Positions 29,340 through 39,136 are shown, counted from the stretch's first letter. The stretch is 64,000 nucleotides of DNA from an uncultured Desulfobacter sp. (GCA_963665095.1 OY762069.1:5344001-5408000); one strand, 5' to 3'. The notes: a model not told the origin generated them from the letters alone. A program made the numbers and translations.

Positions 29340-31934
29340 TTACGTGGTTTTAGAAAAATTCAGGGCTGGCCGTTGCTGATGTGATTTGCCGCTAAGATAT
29401 ATCTCCCACATTTTTTGATAGGCTGCTTCCAGATCCCTGGTAAAAAGATCCGTATTAAATAAAGCGGTGGTATGCCTGTTTTGGGCAAGACGGGATTTAA
29501 TCTGCTCAAGTTTAAGAGGATTTAATGCCAACTCTGCAGCCATTTTTTCGTATCCAGCCAGGTCTTTTGCAATCAGGTCTGTCATGCCAATGGCTGTCAG
29601 GATACTTGTGGACATCCGTGAGGCAAAGTGAGACCCGGTCATGGTCAACACAGGAACCCCTGCCCAAAGGGCATCACTGGTGGATGCGGCTCCGCCTACA
29701 ATACGGGTGTCCAGCACCAGATCCGCCAGTCTCATCCGTGCCAGATGCTCTTGTTTGTCTAATTTGGGTGCAAAATGCAGTCGACCGGGATCCACTCCCA
29801 TATCCTGTGCTGCCCCTGTCAGGTTGTTTTCCATGGTCTGATTTTTACTGAGCAGCCACAGCACACTGTGTGGCACTTTCAGAAGGATTCTCATCCAGGC
29901 CTTGAAAATAACCGGGTCAATTTTATAGCTGGTGTTAAATGAACAGAACACAAACGCATTTTCAGGCAAACTTGTATCGGAGCGGTGCCATTTTCTGTCA
30001 GAGATTTTTTGTTCATTGTTGTTCACCTGGTAACAATGGGGGAGCCACACCGGCGTTTCCGCGTAAAATGGGAGGTCCTCTTCGGGAATGACTATGCGGT
30101 CCGCAATGATATAGTCAAAAAAATCAGCGCCGGTGGTGCCGGCCATGCCAAGGTACCGGGCCTGGACCGGGGCGGGGCGAAGGGAACAGATATCCATCCG
30201 GTCATTCTGGGTATGACCCATCAGATCAACAAGGATATCTACCTGGTCGGTGTTTATTTTTTCAGCCGCCTCAAGGGTGGAGGCCCGGCCCAAATCCACA
30301 AACCGGTCACAGTCTGCCTGGATCTGCCGGCGGTACTCGCTTCCGTCATCCTCGCAGGAGGCATAGCAGCAAATATTGAATGTATCTCGGTGGTGCCTGC
30401 GGAAAAGGCCGAGCATAATGTGGGCTGTGGGGTGATTGCGGAAATTGTTGGACAGATATCCAATGGTCAGTTTTCGGTTGCCTGTTTTTGTCCATGAAAA
30501 GTCGAAAGATGGCGAGAGGTTGGCTGTGCGCCTGGCAATAAAATTGCTCCAGGCCCGGGCCACCGCATGATTAAGTGCCGGGTCCGCGTGTCTGGAAATG
30601 TTGGAAAAAGGTGCTTCTGAAGGTTTTTCTCCGGATGCCAGGGCTTGTTGGGTCAAACGGTCAAGGCGGTCCCCTAAAACGGCAACTTTTTCCCACTGGC
30701 AGACATGTTGACACTGGTGGGTGAGTTCGGAAAGTGCTTCTGCCATATCCGGCTGAAAAAGCAATGCTGTTTCAAAACTTGTAATAGATTGATCCGTCCG
30801 CCCAAGCTTTTTTTCCAGAATTCCTTTATTCGCCCAGGCACTGGCACTCTCCGGTTCAAGCTCAATGGCTTTTTGGTATGCTGCCAGGGATTGTTCCATC
30901 TCTCCCATTTTTTCCAGAGCATTGCCTTTGTTGGTATGGGCATTGGCAAAATCGGGCTTGCTTTGAATCAGTGCCTCAAAGCAGGCAAGGGCCTGCTCCG
31001 GACAGCCCAGATCCAGCAGGGTGTTTCCAAGGTTGTTTTGGGCATTGATGTGGTGTGGTGAAAGGGATATGGTTTTGCGGAAGCAGGCAAGTGCATGGCT
31101 CAGTTCATGCTGCTCCTGAAAGACGGTTCCCATGTTGTAATAGGCGTCGGCGTAGTCGGGCTGAATTTCGATCGCCTTTTTGAACGCAGCAATGGCGTCG
31201 TCAAGGTCGCCCATTTTATATCGGGCGTTTCCAATGTTATAGTGTGCTTCAGCAAAATCGGGGTGGATGGTAAAAATTTTTTCAAAGCATAACATTGCCT
31301 GGCTGAAATCTCCCTGATTCATTAAAACCTGACCCAGATTGTTCAATATAGCAATATTACCCGGCTGAATTTGAAGTGCCGTCCTGTATTTTCCAATGGC
31401 CAGATCAGATTTCCCCTGTGCCTGGAACACAGTGCCCAGATTCAGATAGGCATTAATAAAATCCGGTTTAAGTGCCAGCGCCTTTTCATAGTGAAATACA
31501 GCAGATTCTGTATTGTTTTGGGCGCGAAAAACCGTGGCAAGGTTGTAATGGGCGTCAGTAAAATCCGGTTTGATTTTGATGGCTTTTTGATAACAGGGAA
31601 CCGCATCATCCAACAGGGATAACGCCATGAAGGCATTCCCCAGGTTGCTCAGATATACGGGATGGTTTGGTTCGCCTTTGACGGCCTTTTGAATCAGGTC
31701 TGCCGCCACTTTATTTTGCCCCGACTGAAGCGCAATGATCCCTAAAAGATGGAGTGTTTCCGGATGGTCCGGAAAACGGGACAGAATTTGTTTGTAAACC
31801 GTTTGCGCCTCAGTCAGGCGGCCGGCCTGATGAAGACCCTTACCCTGATTCAGGGCAGTTTCTATGCCTGAAGGCTTTTGGGGTTTTGGATTTTTTGGGC
31901 GGGATGGTTTTTTTCTGCCTTTTTTTTGACTCAC
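29340..31934 (-). CDS. TPR-repeat O-GlcNAc transferase-like protein (GT41)
   Basis: About 11 TPR repeats then IGYLSNNFRNHPT, DILVDLMGHT, RPAPVQ, FCSFN..YKI, DALWAGVPVLT; start uncertain (GTG 31934 or TTG 32003). Confidence 0.9.
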   Translation of the reverse strand: MSQKKGRKKPSRPKNPKPQKPSGIETALNQGKGLHQAGRLTEAQTVYKQILSRFPDHPETLHLLGIIALQSGQNKVAADLIQKAVKGEPNHPVYLSNLGNAFMALSLLDDAVPCYQKAIKIKPDFTDAHYNLATVFRAQNNTESAVFHYEKALALKPDFINAYLNLGTVFQAQGKSDLAIGKYRTALQIQPGNIAILNNLGQVLMNQGDFSQAMLCFEKIFTIHPDFAEAHYNIGNARYKMGDLDDAIAAFKKAIEIQPDYADAYYNMGTVFQEQHELSHALACFRKTISLSPHHINAQNNLGNTLLDLGCPEQALACFEALIQSKPDFANAHTNKGNALEKMGEMEQSLAAYQKAIELEPESASAWANKGILEKKLGRTDQSITSFETALLFQPDMAEALSELTHQCQHVCQWEKVAVLGDRLDRLTQQALASGEKPSEAPFSNISRHADPALNHAVARAWSNFIARRTANLSPSFDFSWTKTGNRKLTIGYLSNNFRNHPTAHIMLGLFRRHHRDTFNICCYASCEDDGSEYRRQIQADCDRFVDLGRASTLEAAEKINTDQVDILVDLMGHTQNDRMDICSLRPAPVQARYLGMAGTTGADFFDYIIADRIVIPEEDLPFYAETPVWLPHCYQVNNNEQKISDRKWHRSDTSLPENAFVFCSFNTSYKIDPVIFKAWMRILLKVPHSVLWLLSKNQTMENNLTGAAQDMGVDPGRLHFAPKLDKQEHLARMRLADLVLDTRIVGGAASTSDALWAGVPVLTMTGSHFASRMSTSILTAIGMTDLIAKDLAGYEKMAAELALNPLKLEQIKSRLAQNRHTTALFNTDLFTRDLEAAYQKMWEIYLSGKSHQQRPALNFSKTT

Positions 31935-32138
31935 GGTGTTATTCCATACGGTTGAAGTAATCGCCAGTTTGATTCGAACGTTCAGGTGACGGTTGAAAAG
32001 CAAGTTTTATAAGGGTCAACCGCCTCACTATAGTCGGTTGCTTTCCCAATGGCAATTTTTAATTCCATTGTACTGTCTACGGGATTTCGATATACAAAGG
32101 TTTTGACACCTGCATTATTTATTTTTAGGAGAAATGGT

Positions 32139-33203
32139 ATGGATGTGCCCATAGGAGACCGCGTCATTGGCGATGGCCATCCGGTGTTTATTGTGTTTGA
32201 GGCGGGGCCTACCCATGATGGACTGGATTCTGCCCTGGCCCTTGTTGAACATGCTGCCAAAGCCGGGGCTGATGCTGTTAAATTCCAGACATTGGACCCG
32301 AACCGGCTGGTACCGGATAAAACCCAGCTTTTTTCCTATGACATCCTTCTGGATAAGATTACAGGTGAGCGGGGATGCAGGACAGAGCCGTTGTACGATA
32401 TCCTTATGCGTCGGTACCTGCCTTTTGAACAGTGGCGCAAGGTGAAGCAACGTTGCGATGATTTGGGAATCTGTTTTTTTTCCACGGCCACATTTCAGGA
32501 TGAAGTTGATTTTCTTAAAGAACTTGACTGTCAGACCCTTAAAATATGTTCCGGGGATATTAACCACCTGCCGTTTATCCGGTATTGCGCCAAAACAGGT
32601 ATGAGCATTCAGCTGGATACCGGAAATGCCACCATCGGGGAGGTGGAAAAAGCATATGATGAAGTGGTAGGGGCGGGAAATCCAAATATTATTATTCATA
32701 ACTGCCCTTCCGGATATCCGGCACGGCTGGAAAGCATCAATTTAAGGGTAATCTCCACACTCAAACAGATGTTTCAATGTCCTGTGGCTTTTTCCGACCA
32801 CACACCGGGCTGGGAAATGGATATTGCCGCCATTGCCCTGGGGGCCAACATGGTTGAAAAAACGATTACGCTGGACCGGGCCACGCCCAGTGTGGAACAT
32901 CTGTTTTCCATAGAACCCCATGAGATGAAAGCCTTTGTAAGATCGGTCCGAGACCTTGAAATCGCGCTGGGAAGTCCCCGCAGGGTTCTTGGGGAAGAAG
33001 AGCGGCAAAGGGGAATTGGCGGACGCAGGAGTATTGTGCTGAAAAAAACGGTGAAAAAAGATCAGATAATAGATCCTTCGGCAATTGAGTTTGCCCGGCC
33101 GGGAACAGGTATTTCTCCGGAGCTGGCCGATGTCATTGAAGGCAAGAGATTTACCCGGGATCTGCCGGCCGGCAGAATTCTGGATTGGGGGGATTGGGGA
33201 TAA
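32139..33203 (+). CDS. Second NeuB-family nonulosonic acid synthase
   Basis: FEAGPTHDG, GADAVKFQ, KICSGD, HNCPSGYPA, FSDHT, VEKTITLDR, C-terminal SAF (RPGTGISP); AGGAG RBS before ATG 32139. Confidence 0.88.
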   Translation: MDVPIGDRVIGDGHPVFIVFEAGPTHDGLDSALALVEHAAKAGADAVKFQTLDPNRLVPDKTQLFSYDILLDKITGERGCRTEPLYDILMRRYLPFEQWRKVKQRCDDLGICFFSTATFQDEVDFLKELDCQTLKICSGDINHLPFIRYCAKTGMSIQLDTGNATIGEVEKAYDEVVGAGNPNIIIHNCPSGYPARLESINLRVISTLKQMFQCPVAFSDHTPGWEMDIAAIALGANMVEKTITLDRATPSVEHLFSIEPHEMKAFVRSVRDLEIALGSPRRVLGEEERQRGIGGRRSIVLKKTVKKDQIIDPSAIEFARPGTGISPELADVIEGKRFTRDLPAGRILDWGDWG

Positions 33204-33211
33204 AGGAAAAA

Positions 33212-34705
33212 ATGATGTCTGTGGATGACAATTTACAAAAAGCAGTTGCCCTGCATCAGGCAGGCAAATTACAGGAAGCCGAACAGATCTATCTTAATGT
33301 TCTTGCTCAGAATCCTGATCATCCCGATGCCACCCACTTTATGGGGGTGCTTGCTTATAATGCCGGGAAAAACGATGTAGCCATCGCTTATCTTAAAAGG
33401 GCGATAGAGCTGATGCCGTCCAATGCCGGGTGTTTTAATAATATGGGCAATGTTTTCCAGCACCAGGGTAAGTATTCGGAAGCGGTGAAATGGTATGAGA
33501 TCGCAGTCAGGCTGAACCCTGAACATAAACTGGCCCACAACAATATTGGTGTGGCCTATCTCAAGCTGGGTAAATTGGATATTGCCCTAGACGCCATTGA
33601 AAAGGCCATTGCCTTAGACCCGGGATATGCAGATGCCCATTGTAATTATGGAGAGGTTCTCAGGGCTCTGGGAGAGCATGACAAGGCACTGGAAGCTTTT
33701 AATAAGGCACTTGCGATTATTCCGGAACTGGTTATGGCCCGCTGGAATCGAGCCCTGATCTGGCTGGCACAGGGAAATTTTGCTGACGGCTGGGCCGAGT
33801 ATGAATGGCGGTGGCGCCGCCCGGAAACCCGCAAAAGGTCTTTTGCGTGTGGCACGGTCTGGCAGGGGCAGGATATCCGGGATAAAGTTTTGTTCGTATA
33901 TGAAGAACAGGGGTTGGGGGATACCATGCAGTTCATCCGTTACCTTCCAAAGCTTAAAGACCTTGGTGCCCGGGTGGTGTTTGAAACGGGGCCTGCCTTG
34001 ATTCGCCTGGTGGAGGGCAACCGGCTCTATGACCGGCTGCTTGTTGGTCTGAAAGGTGTGGATACCCGGCCGGTAGACCGATTTGATTTCCATGTCCCGC
34101 TGTTGTCTCTGCCACGTATATTAAAAACAACAATTGACACCATTCCGGCTAAGGTCCCATATCTGACTGCGGATAAGACGATTTGCAATATCTGGAAAAG
34201 CAGGGTGCCGGCTGACGATTCGTTTAAGATCGGCCTGGTGTGGGCCGGACATCCGGAACATAATAATGATCATAACCGTTCTATCCATTTATGCATGTTT
34301 AAAGAACTTGGCAAGGTTAAAGGGGTTAGTTTGTACAGTCTGCAAAAAGATAAGCATGAACGATGGACCGATACAAGCAGTTTGTCCATATTTGAAAAAG
34401 ATTTCGGGCCTGAAATTTCAGATTTTTCAGACACTGCGGCCATTCTTGATAATCTGGATCTTTTAATATCAGTAGACACTTCAGTGGTTCACCTGGCCGG
34501 GGCCATGGGTAAACCGGTATGGACACTTTTACCTTTTGCCCCTGATTTTCGCTGGCTGCTTTTCCGGGAAGACTCTCCCTGGTATCCGAGCATGCGACTG
34601 TTCAGGCAACCGGTTGCAGGGGATTGGAATTCGGTTTTCAAACGTGTGGTTCAGGCGCTGAATGAAGAGGTGAGCCGCCGGCAGGGTGATAACAAAAACG
34701 AATAA
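33212..34705 (+). CDS. TPR-repeat protein with GT9-like glycosyltransferase domain
   Basis: About 5-6 TPRs, GWAEYEWRW, EQGLGDTMQF.RY, PLLSLP, IGLVWAG, DFSDTAA...LDLLISVDTSVVHLAGAMG, DSPWYPSMRLFRQ. Confidence 0.9.
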   Translation: MMSVDDNLQKAVALHQAGKLQEAEQIYLNVLAQNPDHPDATHFMGVLAYNAGKNDVAIAYLKRAIELMPSNAGCFNNMGNVFQHQGKYSEAVKWYEIAVRLNPEHKLAHNNIGVAYLKLGKLDIALDAIEKAIALDPGYADAHCNYGEVLRALGEHDKALEAFNKALAIIPELVMARWNRALIWLAQGNFADGWAEYEWRWRRPETRKRSFACGTVWQGQDIRDKVLFVYEEQGLGDTMQFIRYLPKLKDLGARVVFETGPALIRLVEGNRLYDRLLVGLKGVDTRPVDRFDFHVPLLSLPRILKTTIDTIPAKVPYLTADKTICNIWKSRVPADDSFKIGLVWAGHPEHNNDHNRSIHLCMFKELGKVKGVSLYSLQKDKHERWTDTSSLSIFEKDFGPEISDFSDTAAILDNLDLLISVDTSVVHLAGAMGKPVWTLLPFAPDFRWLLFREDSPWYPSMRLFRQPVAGDWNSVFKRVVQALNEEVSRRQGDNKNE

Positions 34706-34728
34706 TAAAGTAAAAAGGGAGTGTGTGG

Positions 34729-35316
34729 ATGCCTTGGGAACAAAGTAAAGCAGCCAAAAGACGATTTCATTCCGGAGGATTTCATAACCGGTATTTTGTA
34801 GGCAAGGGGGTTGATATTGGCGGCAAACCAGACCCTCTGGGGCAGTATGCCGGTATATTTCCGCTTATGGGTGAGGTTCGGGTATGGGACCTGCAGGATG
34901 GGGATGCCCAGATCATGGCAGGGGTTCCGGACAACTATTTTGACTTTGTTCATTCCAGCCATTGTCTGGAGCATCTTCATGATCCCTATGAAGGATTTGG
35001 CAACTGGATAAGAATATTGAAGCCCGGCGGACATATCATCACCACCGTTCCCGATGAGGACCTGTATGAAAAAGGAGTGTTTCCGTCCCGGTTTAACCCC
35101 GACCATAAATGGACCATGACCATTCAAAAGGCAAGTTCCTGGTCTGATAAGTCTGTCAATATCATGGAATTGCTTCAGTCTTTCAAAGACCAGATAAAGA
35201 TAATAAAAATTGAACTGATAGAAGATTTTTACCGTTCTCATTTAAAAGAAAACATTGATCAAACTGCTACGCCTGTGGCAGAATGCAGTATTGAATTTAT
35301 TGTCAGAAAGCTTTAA
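34729..35316 (+). CDS. Class I SAM-dependent methyltransferase
   Basis: GVDIGG, FDFVHSSHCLEH, WIRILKPGG, VPDEDLYE. Confidence 0.85.
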   Translation: MPWEQSKAAKRRFHSGGFHNRYFVGKGVDIGGKPDPLGQYAGIFPLMGEVRVWDLQDGDAQIMAGVPDNYFDFVHSSHCLEHLHDPYEGFGNWIRILKPGGHIITTVPDEDLYEKGVFPSRFNPDHKWTMTIQKASSWSDKSVNIMELLQSFKDQIKIIKIELIEDFYRSHLKENIDQTATPVAECSIEFIVRKL

Positions 35317-35341
35317 AAAATAAAATAAATCAAAAAAACAG

Positions 35342-35370
35342 TTGACAATAAAAATCAAAAAATATAAATT
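35342..35370 (+). promoter_or_regulatory. Sigma70 promoter of the tRNA pair
   Basis: TTGACA-N17-TAAATT with A-rich upstream sequence and a GC-rich GCCCG discriminator. Confidence 0.75.
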
Positions 35371-35395
35371 GCCCGTGTTTTTGACACAGCCCTAA

Positions 35396-35471
35396 GGGCC
35401 GTTAACTCAGTTGGCAGAGTATCTGCCTTTTAAGCAGAGAGTCGCTGGTTCGAGCCCAGCACGGCCCACCA
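35396..35471 (+). tRNA. tRNA-Lys (UUU)
   Basis: Acceptor stem GGGCCGT/ACGGCCC, anticodon arm TCTGC-CTTTTAA-GCAGA, T-loop GGTTCGAGCC, encoded CCA; 76 nt. Confidence 0.97.
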
Positions 35472-35493
35472 GCACAAAGTGTTAAAACTATGT

Positions 35494-35571
35494 GTCCCCA
35501 TCGTCTAGCCCGGTCCAGGACACAGGCCTTTCACGCCTGCGACAGGGGTTCGAATCCCCTTGGGGACGCCA
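35494..35571 (+). tRNA. tRNA-Glu (UUC)
   Basis: Acceptor stem GTCCCCA/TGGGGAC, anticodon arm CAGGC-CTTTCAC-GCCTG, GGTTCGAATCC, encoded CCA; 78 nt. Confidence 0.97.
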
Positions 35572-35580
35572 CTTGAAAAT

Positions 35581-35613
35581 AAAGGCTTTCAGCGTTTTGC
35601 TGAGAGCCTTTTT
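35581..35613 (+). terminator. Rho-independent terminator after tRNA-Glu
   Basis: AAAGGCTTTCAGC-GTTTT-GCTGAGAGCCTTTTT. Confidence 0.8.
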
Positions 35614-35709
35614 GTGTTTCTGAAACTGTGTTTTCCAACCTTTCATTATGAAATCAGGGTAATTGCCGGTAACTTGCTCCAGGGCAAAGGCCTCTCATCC
35701 CTTGGTGCC

Positions 35710-35925
35710 CGTGCGTATAGTGTTAATGCTTTGGATTTTGTTTTTACAAACCCAATTTTCCGGAACAATAAATTTACAAATAATAGTGGAGTCCCCACAG
35801 CGACCGCTGCCCGATTTACAAGAATTCTTTTAGATCAGAACCTAATTAACACAGTGGAAGAAGCATCCGGCCGGCGGCCTGCCTTATATGCCTTTGAACC
35901 TTTATTGGAACTCGTCAGGGTATAA
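35710..35925 (+). pseudogene. C-terminal remnant of a Fic-family protein (winged-helix tail)
   Basis: YSVNALDFVFTNPIF...SGVPTATAARFTRIL....I.TVEEASGRRPALYAFEPLLELV resembles Fic C-terminal wHTH tails; no Fic catalytic core and no usable start. Confidence 0.6.
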
Positions 35926-36310
35926 AGGGAGATGTCTGCGCATACCACGGCGCCCCAAAGCCCTGCCATCGAATTTTTGTGTTGTGGATACAAAACCCGG
36001 ATACAAAAAGTTCGGCGATGCCTCTCGGTTTTCCCCTGACAAAATAGATCTCAATGTTTTAGGGAGCTATTTTTTGTATGGCAGGCAGAATAGCACCGAT
36101 GTAATATTTAATATGATGCTCAGGCGGTTTACTGTTTACTTACTATATCCCTCTTTGTAATATATCGATAATTTGGAATTCAGCCTTTTAAGCAATATTA
36201 AACGGTTATGTGATATCGTGATTATATGAGATCTGTTTAGAACAGATTTTACCTGTTTCCAAAAATGCTGCCGGAAGGCTTGAGAAATTGATTCAAGAGG
36301 AGTAAATGAC

Positions 36311-37270
36311 GTGACTCACCCCCGGAATTTCGCACTGATCGGAGTCGCAGGATATGTTGCCCCCAAACATATGAAGGCCATTCATGATACTGGAAATATA
36401 CTTGTGGCGGCACTGGATAAAAGTGATTCAGTCGGGATTCTGGACAGTTATTCCTATGATACGGCTTTTTTTACAGAGTTTGAGCGCTTCGACCGTCATG
36501 TGGAAAAGCTCAAACGCCTGGGACCGGATCGCAAAATTGACTATGTCAGTATCTGTTCTCCCAATTACCTGCATGACGCTCACATTCGGTTTGCCTTGCG
36601 CGTGGGGGCCAATGCCATTTGTGAAAAGCCTTTGGTTCTGAATCCATGGAATCTGGACGCTTTGAAATGCATTGAGGACGAAACCGGACAAAAGATTTAC
36701 AATATCCTTCAACTGAGAGTACATCCTTCTATTATCTCTTTAAAAGAGGAGATTTCCCGGGAACCAAGACAGAAGAAATATCTCATTGATCTGTCCTATA
36801 TTACTTCCCGGGGAGAATGGTATTTCAGATCCTGGAAAGGAGAACTTGAAAAATCCGGTGGGATCGCCACCAATATAGGGATTCATTTTTTTGACATGTT
36901 GATCTGGCTTTTTGGCAGGGTTGAGTATTCTGAGCTTCATGTGAAAAATAATAAACAGATGGGTGGATTTATTTCCCTTGAAAAAGCGGACGTCCGCTGG
37001 TTTTTATCGGTTGATCGGAAAAATCTGCCAAAAGAGGCTGCTGGCAAGGGGCTTCCCACGTTTCGTTCCATTACTGTGGATGAAAAAGAAATTGAATTTT
37101 CCGGAGGGTTTACAGATTTGCACACCCTTGTTTACGAAGGTATCCTTGCCGGGAAAGGCTTTGGCATTGAAGATGCAAGGCCTTCTTTAGATCTTGTTTA
37201 TACATTAAGAGCCATGGAACCTGTAAGACCCGGGACTGAGCGTGCCCATCCTTTTGTAAGAGAAGGCTGA
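36311..37270 (+). CDS. wbpB: UDP-GlcNAcA 3-dehydrogenase (Gfo/Idh/MocA)
   Basis: FALIGVAGYVAPKHMKAI, SICSPNYLHDAH, ICEKPLVLNP, YITSRGEWY, KSGGIATNIGIHFFDML, EFSGGFTDLHT. Confidence 0.9.
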   Translation: MTHPRNFALIGVAGYVAPKHMKAIHDTGNILVAALDKSDSVGILDSYSYDTAFFTEFERFDRHVEKLKRLGPDRKIDYVSICSPNYLHDAHIRFALRVGANAICEKPLVLNPWNLDALKCIEDETGQKIYNILQLRVHPSIISLKEEISREPRQKKYLIDLSYITSRGEWYFRSWKGELEKSGGIATNIGIHFFDMLIWLFGRVEYSELHVKNNKQMGGFISLEKADVRWFLSVDRKNLPKEAAGKGLPTFRSITVDEKEIEFSGGFTDLHTLVYEGILAGKGFGIEDARPSLDLVYTLRAMEPVRPGTERAHPFVREG

Positions 37271-37292
37271 ATTTTTTAGATAATTAAAGGCC

Positions 37293-37961
37293 ATGACAGA
37301 AAAGAAATCCAAATATTTTATCCACGAATCTGCTTATGTGGATGAAAACGTGCGCATCGGCAGCGGCAGCCGGATCTGGCATTTTTCTCATCTCATGCCG
37401 GGTGCTGTGGTTGGTGAGAACTGCAATCTGGGCCAGAATGTATGTGTATCATCCGGTGTTGTTATTGGAAATAATGTCAAAATACAGAATAATGTCTCCG
37501 TTTATGAAGGCACTGTGGTGGAAGATGATGTATTTTTAGGCCCGTCATGTGTCCTGACCAATGTCTTAAATCCCAGGTCCCAGGTTTCCAGAAAACATCA
37601 GTACGAAAAGATCCTGATCCGCCAGGGGGCGACAATCGGTGCAAATGCCACCATTGTCTGTGGTGTCACCATCGGGCAGTACGCGTTTGTGGCCGCTGGA
37701 GCGGTTGTCACCCGTGATGTTGCCGATTACACCCAAGTTTCCGGTATCCCTGCGAGGACGGTAGGCTGGATGAGCCGCCATGGAATGCCTTTGAGAGACA
37801 AAGATGACCAGGGCATTTATACTTGCCCGGAAAGCGGGTTAAGGTATAAAGCAAACGCGTCCGGGCAGCTTTACTGTCTGGATATGAAAGAAGATGCCAG
37901 CCTGCCTGAAGCGTTTTCAACAGGGAAAATTCAATATTCTGAATGGAGAAAAAATCGCTGA
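37293..37961 (+). CDS. wbpD: Hexapeptide N-acetyltransferase
   Basis: IHESAYVD, IWHFSH, LGQNV, VKIQNNVSVYEG, FLGPSCVLTNVLNPRS, GANATIVCG. Confidence 0.88.
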   Translation: MTEKKSKYFIHESAYVDENVRIGSGSRIWHFSHLMPGAVVGENCNLGQNVCVSSGVVIGNNVKIQNNVSVYEGTVVEDDVFLGPSCVLTNVLNPRSQVSRKHQYEKILIRQGATIGANATIVCGVTIGQYAFVAAGAVVTRDVADYTQVSGIPARTVGWMSRHGMPLRDKDDQGIYTCPESGLRYKANASGQLYCLDMKEDASLPEAFSTGKIQYSEWRKNR

Positions 37962-37963
37962 CC

Positions 37964-39136
37964 ATGCCTGCTTTTGAAAAAGAGATCTGTTTTGTGGATC
38001 TGGCTGCCCAGCAGCAACGCATACTTCCGGCCATTAACGATCGGATTAAAAAGGTGCTTGCCCATGGGCAATATATTATGGGGCCGGAGGTGTTTGAGCT
38101 TGAAAAGGCCTTTGAAACCTATCTGGGTGTTGAACATGCAGTGGCATGTGCAAGCGGCACAGATGCATTGCTGATGGCACTGATGGCGCTTGATATCGGT
38201 CCTGGAGACGCTGTTTTTACATCTCCTTTTACCTTTGTGGCAACCGCTGAAGTCATTTCCCTTTTAGGGGCAACCCCTGTTTTTGTGGATGTGGAGCCAG
38301 ATACATTCAACCTTGACCCGACCTGCCTTGAACAGGCTATTATTGCCTTAACTCAGGGGGGCAGTTACCCAATACCGGAAACCGGTACACAACAACTTGT
38401 ACCCAGATGCATCATTCCGGTTGATTTATTCGGGCTGCCTGCTGATTACAGCCGGATCAACCAGATTGCAGATCAACACAATCTTGTGGTTGTTGCTGAT
38501 GCGGCCCAGAGTTTTGGGGCAACTATTGGAGATAAAAAAGCATGTGCATGCGCCCATGTGGCTGCCACCAGTTTTTTCCCTTCCAAACCGCTGGGGTGCT
38601 ATGGAGATGGCGGGGCAGTGTTTACCAATGATGATGCCCTGGCTGAACAACTTAGATCAATCCGCGCCCACGGTAAGGGCAGCCAGAAATATGACAATAT
38701 ACGCATTGGGATCAATGGCCGGCTTGATACGATTCAGGCGGCTGTTTTATTGGAAAAAATGACCATTTTTGACAGTGAGATGCATTTAAGGCAGGATATT
38801 GCCGCCTTGTATAATGAAAAGATCGCACCGGATGTAAGGTGCCAGCTCATACCAGCAGGGTTTAACAGTGCGTGGGCTCAGTTCTCACTGCTCAGTAATG
38901 ACCGGACCGCACTGCTTCAGCGGCTTAGGGCGTATCATATCCCCACGGCTATATATTATCCAAAACCCCTTCACTGTCAGAAGGCATTTTCATATTTGAA
39001 TTACAAGCCGGATGACTTCCCGGTGGCCGCCAGATTATCACAAACTATCTTCAGTTTGCCTATGCATCCATACCTTGACCGGTCCGATGTGACATATATT
39101 TGTGATGTCATAAATGGAGCCGAACCTCAATGTTGA
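37964..39136 (+). CDS. wbpE: DegT/DnrJ/EryC1/StrS aminotransferase
   Basis: FVDLAAQ, HGQYIMGPEV, SGTDAL, DAAQSFGA, SFFPSKPLGCYGDGG, NGRLDTIQAA, SLPMHPY; follows wbpB-wbpD. Confidence 0.88.
   Translation: MPAFEKEICFVDLAAQQQRILPAINDRIKKVLAHGQYIMGPEVFELEKAFETYLGVEHAVACASGTDALLMALMALDIGPGDAVFTSPFTFVATAEVISLLGATPVFVDVEPDTFNLDPTCLEQAIIALTQGGSYPIPETGTQQLVPRCIIPVDLFGLPADYSRINQIADQHNLVVVADAAQSFGATIGDKKACACAHVAATSFFPSKPLGCYGDGGAVFTNDDALAEQLRSIRAHGKGSQKYDNIRIGINGRLDTIQAAVLLEKMTIFDSEMHLRQDIAALYNEKIAPDVRCQLIPAGFNSAWAQFSLLSNDRTALLQRLRAYHIPTAIYYPKPLHCQKAFSYLNYKPDDFPVAARLSQTIFSLPMHPYLDRSDVTYICDVINGAEPQC

Noticed and set aside
35560..35709. Intact 121-aa gene at 35560..35925
   Set aside because: It starts inside tRNA-Glu and crosses the terminator; only the 3' part looks protein-like.
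35888..36160. 90-aa ORF
   Set aside because: Overlaps the Fic relic, no RBS or recognisable motif.
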